43,883 bases of DNA from a virus: the IMG/VR virus record IMGVR_UViG_3300014348_000129, positions 1-43,883 of that record; one strand, given 5' to 3'. The translations under genes were made by a program, and so were the position numbers. The notes beneath the pieces are model-generated. The model was not told the DNA's origin. It did no database searches and saw only the letters and a program-made list of their open reading frames with translations. Within the stretch, counting starts at the first letter, position 1; every line of letters begins with the position of its first letter. This document shows positions 21,708 through 29,060 of the stretch, piece by piece.

Positions 21708-23392
21708 CAGGCGCGCACCTTGCGCGTCTGCCCGGCGCCGATCCGCGCGTCGACCATCTTGCCGAACTTGCGGTCGCGCTCGGCGAGCCCGCGCTCCAGC
21801 CGCGCGATCGCCGCTTGGTCCGCCCCGCGCGCGTCGATGTTGTAGACCGGTGCATACACCGCCCCGCCCCCGCCCTGTCCGGGCTGATACACGTCGACGC
21901 GTTCCGACGGACTCTTGCGGAAGGCAACGACCTGGCCGTCGGTGGTGCCGCTGCCGCCCGGCAGGATCGAGCCGCCGCTGGCGAAGCCGAATAGGTTTCC
22001 GATCAGCCCGAACAGTCCGCCGAGCAGGCCGCCGCCGCCTCCCCCGCCCATGCCGGAAAAGAGCGAGCCGCCCGACTTGTTGACCTGGAAGATGGCGTCG
22101 AGGACGTCGTTCAGCAGTTTGTCGGCAATCTTGTCGAGCACGTTGCTGGCGATTTTTCCCCACTCCTCCATCGTGATCTTGCCGTCCTGAAGGGCGTTGC
22201 GGATGTCCTGGGTGAAGCCCTGGACGAGGCTGCGCATGAAGCTCTGGGTTTCGTCGGCGGTGCCCTTCACCGTGTCCCGAAGGCCCTTCCACGGGTCGAC
22301 ATTGTCGTTGGCCGCCTTCTTCATCGCCCCGCCGGCCTTTTCCGCCGCGTCGCCGAGCCTGGCGTTTTCGATCGCCGCCTGCTTCACGGCCTCGTAGTAT
22401 TCGCCGAGATAGTCTGTGGCGAAGGCCTCCTTCGCCCTGTCGCGGAAACCACCCCAGCTCGCCGCGAGCCGTTCCCCCGCCGCGGCGCCGCCGATGTCGA
22501 CCTGCATCAGCGGCACCTTGTTCTCCAGCATCGGGATGGCGTTGCCGATGCCTTCGAATGCGGTGCCGCGCAGAGAGCCGCGGATCGACGAGATCGTCGT
22601 GTTGATGGTGACGATCGTCGACCGCGCCATCTGGTTGATCGCCCTGAGGAAGCCATTGGCCGCGGCCTCGCCGGCGGCAATGAAGGCGTCGGGGATCGCC
22701 ATAGCGCCCGACTTGATCGCGTCGGCAGCGACCACCCAACCCGCTATCAGGGCGTTGTTGACGGTCTTGAACCCGGAAACGACCATATCCCAGGCGCTGG
22801 CGAACCAGGGCGCGATCGCGTCGACGGCCGGCTTGATCGTCGACCAGATGCCGTCGGCAACGACCTGGAACGAGGCCTTTGCCACGTCGGCGAACGATAC
22901 GGCGACGTCGCTGGTGGCGTTGATCTCGGCCTGCATTCCGGCAATCGCGATGGAACCGACCGCCGCCGCGGCGGTGAATGCCGCCCCGACCGAGCCCATG
23001 CCGCCTACGAGGTTCCGTGCCATGCCGAGCGTGTCGGAGAGCGCGGCCTTCACCCCGCCCTGGCCGGCGTACATCTGCGCGATCTGCGGTCCTTGCTGCA
23101 GGAGCGTCGTCATCGGGTTCTGCCCGAGCGCCAGCATCTGCGCCGTGTCGAAACCCTGCATCATCAGGTTGCGGCGACGCCAATTGTCGTTCGCGCTGGC
23201 CAGCCGCCGGCCTGCCGCGGCCGCCCGGTCGGTCGCGGCCGCGAAGCGGTCGGCGGCGCCGGCGGCAGCGTCGAAGGCGGCCTTGCCGTTCCGGTCGAGC
23301 TCGCGCCCGAATTCGCGCGCATTGCGGCCCGCGGAATCGAAGGCCGCCTGCGTGGTGTCACGGGCTCTGATGTCGAAGGCGAGGTCGCGCAT
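21707..23392 (-). CDS. Tail tape measure protein
   Basis: 561 aa, Ala/Gly-rich and helical, with hydrophobic central segments and a GGGGGGG tract. Lies directly downstream of the G/GT-type chaperone pair. Confidence 0.85.
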   Translation of the reverse strand: MRDLAFDIRARDTTQAAFDSAGRNAREFGRELDRNGKAAFDAAAGAADRFAAATDRAAAAGRRLASANDNWRRRNLMMQGFDTAQMLALGQNPMTTLLQQGPQIAQMYAGQGGVKAALSDTLGMARNLVGGMGSVGAAFTAAAAVGSIAIAGMQAEINATSDVAVSFADVAKASFQVVADGIWSTIKPAVDAIAPWFASAWDMVVSGFKTVNNALIAGWVVAADAIKSGAMAIPDAFIAAGEAAANGFLRAINQMARSTIVTINTTISSIRGSLRGTAFEGIGNAIPMLENKVPLMQVDIGGAAAGERLAASWGGFRDRAKEAFATDYLGEYYEAVKQAAIENARLGDAAEKAGGAMKKAANDNVDPWKGLRDTVKGTADETQSFMRSLVQGFTQDIRNALQDGKITMEEWGKIASNVLDKIADKLLNDVLDAIFQVNKSGGSLFSGMGGGGGGGLLGGLFGLIGNLFGFASGGSILPGGSGTTDGQVVAFRKSPSERVDVYQPGQGGGGAVYAPVYNIDARGADQAAIARLERGLAERDRKFGKMVDARIGAGQTRKVRA

Positions 23393-23396
23393 TGTC

Positions 23397-23899
23397 CTAC
23401 TCGGGTGCGGTCAGGTCGAAGAAGGCGATCCAGTCGACATATTCGCTGAACGTCATGTCGCCGAGTTCGCCGATTGTCTTGCCGAGGCGGAGGCCGAGCC
23501 GGTGCAGCGACATCAGCTCGGCGTCCGCCTTCAGCCGTTTTTTGCCCGGTCCAGCGTCTCGTCTGCCGGCTCGGCCGCATCTCCGAGGATTTCCTTCGCG
23601 ATGCGGGCGACGACCATGGAATCGATCTCGTGGAGGAGAGCGTGCTCATCCATATCATCGAACAGACGCACGCCTTTGTCGTCCCACGCCTTCAGCAGCA
23701 CGGCCCGCATGACGATCGTCGCCGAATCGGGTTCGCGTCCGTTGGCGTCGGCGCGATAGATCTTGCGCCGCTCGGCGATGGTGAGTGCCGTCGTGGTGAT
23801 GACGAGTGGCTTGCCGCCTTCGCCCCATTCGGGGACGAGGATGCGCTTGCGCTCGAGGCCCTGGTAGTGCGCCTTGGCGCGGTCGAGAACCGCGCTCAT
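23397..23899 (-). CDS. Tail assembly chaperone, -1 frameshift-extended form (GT-like)
   Basis: A shift on A_AAA_AAC (23543..23537) opens a 46-codon extension, RLKADAELMSLHRLGLRLGKTIGELGDMTFSEYVDWIAFFDLTAPE. It ends at TAG 23399..23397, 4 nt before the tape-measure ATG. Confidence 0.7.
23531..23899 (-). CDS. Tail assembly chaperone (G-like, zero-frame product)
   Basis: 122 aa from ATG 23899, with an ATGA overlap with the major tail gene. Lies between the tube and tape-measure genes. Confidence 0.75.
   Translation of the reverse strand: MSAVLDRAKAHYQGLERKRILVPEWGEGGKPLVITTTALTIAERRKIYRADANGREPDSATIVMRAVLLKAWDDKGVRLFDDMDEHALLHEIDSMVVARIAKEILGDAAEPADETLDRAKNG
23537..23543 (-). other. Programmed -1 ribosomal frameshift slippery heptamer A_AAA_AAC
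   Basis: Zero frame reads GCA AAA AAC GGC TGA, so the canonical X_XXY_YYZ site sits 2 codons before the stop. Confidence 0.7.
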
Positions 23900-24291
23900 G
23901 CCGACACCGTCTGTCGGGCGAGCGCGCCGTTGCCCTGCAGGTTCGCCTGGAAGGTGACGCGATCGGTGTGGCTGGCGCCGATGCGCCGCTCGGTGATGGA
24001 GGCCGTGCCGCTGTAGTAGACCTTCCCCGCCGCGTCGCCGTCGGAATAGAAGCCGACGGAGACCGAGGCGCCGATCAGAAGCACCTCCTGCCCCGTGGCA
24101 TCGGCCGGGTCGTAGTGAGCCTCCACCGTCGCCGTCCAACCGGGAATGCCGGTGAGATGTTCCTGCGCCGCATCGCCCTGCGCGGTCGTATCGGCGACGG
24201 GCACCGTCTCCACGATCGACCAGTTCGTCGTCTCGGCGACGACGCTGCTGCCGATCTTCATCTTGCCGTTCTTGCCGTGGTGCTTGGCCAT
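23896..24291 (-). CDS. Major tail (tube) protein, TP901-1/GTA g9-like
   Basis: 131 aa; size, position and a beta-rich sequence (KIGSSVVAETTNWSIVETVPVADTT...). Confidence 0.7.
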   Translation of the reverse strand: MAKHHGKNGKMKIGSSVVAETTNWSIVETVPVADTTAQGDAAQEHLTGIPGWTATVEAHYDPADATGQEVLLIGASVSVGFYSDGDAAGKVYYSGTASITERRIGASHTDRVTFQANLQGNGALARQTVSA

Positions 24292-24307
24292 TGGTCGTCT
24301 CCTGGAG

Positions 24308-24742
24308 CTAGAGTTCGGGATCGATCCGGTCGGTGAAGACCAGGACCAAGAAGGTCAGCGCGGCGGTGCAGAGCGTGCGCTCCGCCTCGCCGTTGAACGC
24401 GAATTCGGTCGCCTGGTACTCGTAGGTCGCGGCAATCCCGCCGAGCGTCGGATCTGCCGCGAACACCCGCTCGACGAAGACCGCCAGCGCATCGAGCGTG
24501 TCTTCCGTCTCTTCCGCGTCGCCCTTGGCGACGGCGGTGACGCGCACGGCGATCTCGCGCCGCTGCGACCCGCCCTGGGCGTCGTCCTGCGACTGTTCGT
24601 TTTGCACGGCGATCAGCAGCGTCGGCTGGAGGTTCTTTTCCGAGGGCAGCGCCCGTCGCACCTCGACCCGGTCGCCGGCCTCGGCCGAGCCGGCCAGCGC
24701 CGCCTTCAGCCAGTCGCGGATTCGCTTGCGCACATGCGCCAC
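24308..24742 (-). CDS. Tail terminator/completion protein (gpU/DUF3168-like position)
   Basis: 144 aa, between the head-tail joining gene and the tube gene. Confidence 0.5.
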   Translation of the reverse strand: MAHVRKRIRDWLKAALAGSAEAGDRVEVRRALPSEKNLQPTLLIAVQNEQSQDDAQGGSQRREIAVRVTAVAKGDAEETEDTLDALAVFVERVFAADPTLGGIAATYEYQATEFAFNGEAERTLCTAALTFLVLVFTDRIDPEL

Positions 24743-24743
24743 G

Positions 24744-25076
24744 TCACACCTCCTGGAGCCGGACGGACGTCATTCCTGTGCCGTCCGGCATCATCTCGAC
24801 GGCCTTGAAGGAGGTCGCCTGGCCGGTCACCGGATGGACGACGACGATCGTGTCGCCCTTCCGGGCACCGGCCGGAAGGTCGGATGACCGGCAGAGGATC
24901 CGCGGGCCGGCCCCTTCGGCGACGCTGTCGAGCAGCGGCGAGGCGATGGCGATGTACTCCTCGTCGAAGACCGCCGAGAAGGCCGTCGTCGTCGCGCCCC
25001 GCGTCCAGCTCACCGCGCAGCCGAATTCGTCGGCGTCGACGAACAGCGCCCGGTCCTCTTCGGTCTCGAAAGGCAT
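24744..25076 (-). CDS. Head-tail joining protein (lambda FII-like)
   Basis: 110 aa. The pattern F.D.DEFG..V.W......F.AVFDEEY...... ILC...DLP...KGD.I...... PDGTGMT..RL is as I recall for FII/Phage_attach proteins. Confidence 0.55.
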   Translation of the reverse strand: MPFETEEDRALFVDADEFGCAVSWTRGATTTAFSAVFDEEYIAIASPLLDSVAEGAGPRILCRSSDLPAGARKGDTIVVVHPVTGQATSFKAVEMMPDGTGMTSVRLQEV

Positions 25077-25486
25077 CAGAGCGGGACGCCGGAAGGCTGG
25101 ATGGCGACGGCCAGAACCGAGGTCGACTTGGCGATGCCGATGATGCAGGCATATTCGCCGCTGCCGACGTCGGCGAGCGGGCAGATGCCGCCGGGCGTGT
25201 CGGAGAGGTAGTAGGTCGTGCCGGCTACCAGCGTCGCACCGGCCGTCAGGTCGCCCGATTTGTGCACGACGAGCGGCTGCCCGTCGCCGGCGCTGTTGAG
25301 CGCGATGCCGTAGGGCGTACGCGCCGCGGCAGTCGCCGAGTTGCTGTCGGCGAGCAGGAAACGCCCGGTCGCGGCATCCTTGTAGACAGCCTGACCCGCG
25401 GCGATCGCCGCTCCGGCGAAGCCGCGCTCCTGCTGCGAGTTCGATCCGGCGATCACGTTGCCGGCGGTGACGGAAAGGTCGGTCAT
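25076..25486 (-). CDS. DUF2190-like small capsid-associated (decoration/cement-type) protein
   Basis: 136 aa from ATG 25486: MTDLSVTAGNVIAGSNSQQERGFAGAAIAAGQAVYKDAATGRFLLADSNS...YGIALNSAGDGQPLVVHKSGDL. Confidence 0.45.
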   Translation of the reverse strand: MTDLSVTAGNVIAGSNSQQERGFAGAAIAAGQAVYKDAATGRFLLADSNSATAAARTPYGIALNSAGDGQPLVVHKSGDLTAGATLVAGTTYYLSDTPGGICPLADVGSGEYACIIGIAKSTSVLAVAIQPSGVPL

Positions 25487-25523
25487 GGGATGCTCCGGGC
25501 GTTGTCGGGTTGGTCTGGGTCGA

Positions 25524-25832
25524 TCAGGCGGCGGGGCCGCGGCCGTCTTTCTCCGCGACGTCGCCTCCGGCCGGCTTCCCGGCCGCCTTGGTCGCCTTGG
25601 CCGCCTTGGGGGCGACCGGCTCCAGCACGCTGCGCAGCGTCCCCGGCAGCGTCTCGAAGGCGCGGTCGATCGAGATCGCCTCGCCCGCCTTGAACTGGAT
25701 GACCTGCGTCGGGCGGTAGCCGCCCTTCTCTTCGATGAGCGCGAACGAGCGCGCCGCAGCCTGTTCCTTGCTGAGGCCGAGCAGCATGTCAGCGCCGAAG
25801 CTGGCGACGCCGGTCGTGATGTACTTGTGCAT
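25524..25832 (-). CDS. Hypothetical head-module protein (102 aa)
   Basis: ATG 25832 with a GAGGA RBS. Lys/Ala-rich C-terminus. Confidence 0.5.
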   Translation of the reverse strand: MHKYITTGVASFGADMLLGLSKEQAAARSFALIEEKGGYRPTQVIQFKAGEAISIDRAFETLPGTLRSVLEPVAPKAAKATKAAGKPAGGDVAEKDGRGPAA

Positions 25833-25896
25833 GGTGGTGATCCTCGGTTCGGGTGGACTGCCGAGGCCGCGCGCCGCGCGGCCCGGGCAGGCCACC

Positions 25897-25912
25897 CCCG
25901 GCCGAAGCCGGG
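25897..25912 (-). other. RNA stem-loop CCCGGC-UUCG-GCCGGG downstream of the capsid gene
   Basis: 6-bp GC stem with a UUCG tetraloop on the transcribed strand, about 30 nt after the capsid stop. No U tract. Confidence 0.4.
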
Positions 25913-25941
25913 AGCGACCGATCTGTCCGGATCCTGCGGGA

Positions 25942-26895
25942 TCAGGCCTGAAGGGTGACGAGGACGGCGTGCTGCCAGTAGCCGTAGCCGACGTTGCCGG
26001 TCCAATCGACGCCGAACAGCTGTTCCCTGTTGAGCTGCTCGTATTCGCTGCCCTCGCCGAGCGCGACGACGTCCGGAATGTCCTCTTCCTGGAGGATGAA
26101 GGGCTTCGCGGCCTCGTCGGTGCGGAGGACGGCGAGCTTCGTCGTCCAGGTCAGGCGCGGATTCGGCACGATCTCAATCGAGAACTTTCCGGCCAGCGCC
26201 TTCAGCACGTTGGTGTCGCCGCCGCCGGTCAGCTCCGCGTAGATCGCCTTGAGTCCGGCGGACATGAACGACACGGGCACCATGACCATGAAGCTCGACG
26301 CTCCCTGGTTCATCGGCTCGCCGCGGTCGTCCTTGAACGTGTACATCTGCTGGATGGCAGCCAGGATTGCCTCAGCGACGGTCGCAGCGCTCGGCTTCGT
26401 CGCCGTGCCGCCGGTGCCGGCATCCGAGATGTCGAAGACGATGTCGTTGTCCTGCGTGCCGCTGTCGCCTTCCGCGTGGTCGGTGTCGAAAAAGTACTGG
26501 CCGTCGTAGCACACGGCCGACTCGCCGGCGATGATCAGGGTCGAGAGCAGCTTCGCCGGATGGTCCATGGCGCGGTCGGCGAGCTGGTTGACGCGCACCT
26601 GGATCATGCCGAGCTTGTCGCGGCGCATGTCCTTCGACTTGATGGTGATCGAGCCTTCGTAGTCCTTGTTGGTGACCGTCCAGCTCTTCTCGGCGAGTTC
26701 GGCGGGCGTGCGGCCGCCGATGAACTCGCGCAGCGCAGGCGAACTGCCGAGCCAGCCATAGGTCTCGACGGCCTGCGTCGAGGTCATGCGCATGCACAGC
26801 TGCGTCACCCAGGCCGCGGAGCCGGTTTCGAGGCGGGCGAGGATCATGCCGCGCACGCCATTGGTCGTGATCTTCTGGAACTGCTGCGGAAGCAT
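25942..26895 (-). CDS. Major capsid protein, Mu gpT-like family
   Basis: 317 aa. Shares VETYGWLGSSPALREFIGGRTP, TVTNKDYEGSITI and CYDGQYFFDTDH with what I recall of gpT-type capsids. Strong RBS. Confidence 0.85.
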   Translation of the reverse strand: MLPQQFQKITTNGVRGMILARLETGSAAWVTQLCMRMTSTQAVETYGWLGSSPALREFIGGRTPAELAEKSWTVTNKDYEGSITIKSKDMRRDKLGMIQVRVNQLADRAMDHPAKLLSTLIIAGESAVCYDGQYFFDTDHAEGDSGTQDNDIVFDISDAGTGGTATKPSAATVAEAILAAIQQMYTFKDDRGEPMNQGASSFMVMVPVSFMSAGLKAIYAELTGGGDTNVLKALAGKFSIEIVPNPRLTWTTKLAVLRTDEAAKPFILQEEDIPDVVALGEGSEYEQLNREQLFGVDWTGNVGYGYWQHAVLVTLQA

Positions 26896-26959
26896 TGTCT
26901 TCCCCTTTCAAAGCAGATTGTGAATGGACCGGGCGAGCCGGCGGCGGGTACGCGGTACA

Positions 26960-26997
26960 GGCCGTCGCCGCGGTGCGGCGGCGGCCCCTTTCAGGGG
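26960..26997 (-). other. Two adjacent GC-rich stem-loops between the decoration-like and capsid genes
   Basis: GGCCGTCGCCGC-GGT-GCGGCGGCGGCC (12-bp stem, 1 mismatch) and CCCCT-TTC-AGGGG, just after stop 27004. Confidence 0.35.
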
Positions 26998-27003
26998 AAG
27001 GGA

Positions 27004-27576
27004 TCAGGCGGCGTCGCCGGCCACGCGCAGCGCGGCTTCCTTCGCCAGGGCCGCGTCGAACTCGACGACAGCGAAGCCGGTCGAGATCCAGCGCGAGACG
27101 AAGCCGATCAGCGTGTTGGTCGACGCCGTCAGCGTGAACGTGTCGTCGTCGGAGGCATAGACAGCCGGGCGGTCGTTCGCGGTGATGGCGATTGCGGAAA
27201 TGGGCAGCGTGACCCGGCCGCGCGCCTTGACGTTGACGTTGATGGCGCCGGCGGCCCCGCCGGAATTGTCGGCGATCGCTTCCGCAAAGCCGAGGAACGG
27301 ATCGCCGGCCTGGAGCGGCCTGGCGTAGCCGTTGCCGTCCTCGCCGACGGCGGCGCCCTGGTAGATGATGTCGGCGGCGATGACCGGGTATTCTTCCTTG
27401 TCGCCCATCTGGTAGCTGCGAAGCTTGTTCGCGGCGAGGGTCGTCATCGCGAGCCCGACGCCGCCATCAGGGCCGATGCTGGAAAGGATCTGGCCGGTAT
27501 CGTGCCCGGAGAGCATGGCGATACCTGCGATGGCGAGCACCGCCAGGCCCGCCGCGAAGAGCAGGGTCTTGTTCAT
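27004..27576 (-). CDS. Head decoration-like protein with an N-terminal hydrophobic extension
   Basis: 190 aa from ATG 27576 (AAGGA RBS). MNKTLLFAAGLAVLAIAGIAMLSG precedes a beta-rich domain. Alternative ATG at 27447 lacks an RBS. Occupies the position of lambda D. Confidence 0.45.
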   Translation of the reverse strand: MNKTLLFAAGLAVLAIAGIAMLSGHDTGQILSSIGPDGGVGLAMTTLAANKLRSYQMGDKEEYPVIAADIIYQGAAVGEDGNGYARPLQAGDPFLGFAEAIADNSGGAAGAINVNVKARGRVTLPISAIAITANDRPAVYASDDDTFTLTASTNTLIGFVSRWISTGFAVVEFDAALAKEAALRVAGDAA

Positions 27577-27634
27577 GGTCGTGTCCTTGTTCGGGGAGGG
27601 TTTTCCGGCGACCGGCCGGGCGGTATGCGATGAA

Positions 27635-27657
27635 GTCCCGCCGACGGGCGGCGGGAC
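27635..27657 (-). other. Perfect 9-bp GC stem-loop after the protease/scaffold gene
   Basis: GTCCCGCCG-N5-CGGCGGGAC, starting 12 nt after stop 27669. No U tract. Confidence 0.35.
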
Positions 27658-27668
27658 GCGGACGGTCG

Positions 27669-28154
27669 CTAGGCGACCTTCAGCGACTCGCGGCGCTTGG
27701 TGGCGATGTAGGATTCGGCGGTCGGATAGTCGGCCTGCAGCTTGGCGTCGGCCTCCCACTCGGCCTTCCAGCCGTCCGGCGTCGTCGCCTTGGCCTGCGG
27801 CGCCTTGCCCGCGTCGCCGGTGGTCGACGGCCGCGACTCGACGCCGGCGGCCGCCTTGTCCATCTTCTCGAGAACGGCGGTGGTGCTTGCCGCCGAACCG
27901 GTCGCCGCGACGGCGACATTCTCGGTGACGAAGGCGGTGACGTCAGTGGCGGACATCGCCGGGGCCTTGACTGCGAGGCTGACGGCAGCGGCCATGCGGC
28001 CCGCGTCGCCCTTGACGCCTTCGGCCGAAAGGATCGTCGACATGCGCGCCGTGGCGGTGTCGAAGCCCTTCTTCTCGGCGGCCGCGATCGCCGCGTTGTG
28101 GTCGGCCTGCGAGATGCCCGCATCGGCGGCGGGCGCGCCCTGTGTGGTCTCCAT
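27669..28154 (-). CDS. Candidate nested in-frame scaffolding protein (lambda Nu3-like arrangement)
   Basis: Internal in-frame ATG 28154 preceded by AGGAAAG. The product METTQGAPAADAG... is Ala/Lys/Glu-rich and helical. Confidence 0.35.
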   Translation of the reverse strand: METTQGAPAADAGISQADHNAAIAAAEKKGFDTATARMSTILSAEGVKGDAGRMAAAVSLAVKAPAMSATDVTAFVTENVAVAATGSAASTTAVLEKMDKAAAGVESRPSTTGDAGKAPQAKATTPDGWKAEWEADAKLQADYPTAESYIATKRRESLKVA

Positions 28155-29060
28155 CGTCTTTCCTTTCGTGGAGGTTGAGCGACCCGGGACGGGTGCGCGG
28201 GGAGCGGATTGCTGGAGTTCGGCCAGCACCGATTCGAACGTGCCGACGCGGTCGGCGAGGCCGGCGGCGACTGCGGCGGAGCCGATCAGGGCGCGCGCCT
28301 CGGTCGACCGCGCCTGTTCGGCTGTCAGCCGCCCGCCACGGCCGGCGGCAACGGTCTTCAGAAAGAGGTCGTAGAAGGCGTTGACCTCGGCCTGGAGGTC
28401 GGCACGGACAGCTTCCGGCAGCGGCTCGAACGGGTTGCCGTCGACCTTGTGCGCGCCGGCGAAGATTAGCGTCGGCTCGATGCCGTCATTCGCCAGCTTG
28501 CGTGAGAAGTCCGCGTGCAGGAGGACGACACCGATCGAACCGGACACGCCGGTCTCCGTCGTCACGATCTCGCGGGCGCCCGAGGCGATGGCGTAGGCGG
28601 CGCTCGCCGCCATGCCGTTCACCAGCGCCACGGTACGCTTCGTCGCCGATAGCTCGCGCACCAGCGCGGCCGTTTCGAAGGCACCGATCGCCTCCCCGCC
28701 CGGCGACGAAAGGTCGAGAATGACCGACCGCACCGCGGCGTCTGTCGCCGCCGTCTTCAGCTGGTGCTGGATACCCTCGTAACTGGTCAGACCCGAACTC
28801 GCGCCGATCCATGCGCCGCGATTCACCAGCGAGCCGGTGACCGTGATGATACCGACGCCGTTTGCCACATTGTATGGACGGCCGTGGAATTTCCCCGGCT
28901 CTTCCTCGACATACGGCCGCCCTTCGAAGCGCGACGCCTCGGGCGAAGTCACTCCGATCCGGCCGGAAAGCACGGAGAGGATCACCTGCGCTTTTTCTGG
29001 CGTGATGAGCATAGGGCGGTTGAGCACCCGGTCGGCAATGTGGAGCAGCAACGACATCAC
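27669..29060 (-). CDS. Prohead protease, S49 (SppA/ClpP-fold, lambda gpC-like) with a C-terminal scaffold-like region
   Basis: 463 aa; SVILDLSSPGGEAIGAFE, VALVNGMAASAAYAIASGA, GVSGSIGVVLLH. Confidence 0.85.
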   Translation of the reverse strand: MMSLLLHIADRVLNRPMLITPEKAQVILSVLSGRIGVTSPEASRFEGRPYVEEEPGKFHGRPYNVANGVGIITVTGSLVNRGAWIGASSGLTSYEGIQHQLKTAATDAAVRSVILDLSSPGGEAIGAFETAALVRELSATKRTVALVNGMAASAAYAIASGAREIVTTETGVSGSIGVVLLHADFSRKLANDGIEPTLIFAGAHKVDGNPFEPLPEAVRADLQAEVNAFYDLFLKTVAAGRGGRLTAEQARSTEARALIGSAAVAAGLADRVGTFESVLAELQQSAPRAPVPGRSTSTKGKTMETTQGAPAADAGISQADHNAAIAAAEKKGFDTATARMSTILSAEGVKGDAGRMAAAVSLAVKAPAMSATDVTAFVTENVAVAATGSAASTTAVLEKMDKAAAGVESRPSTTGDAGKAPQAKATTPDGWKAEWEADAKLQADYPTAESYIATKRRESLKVA

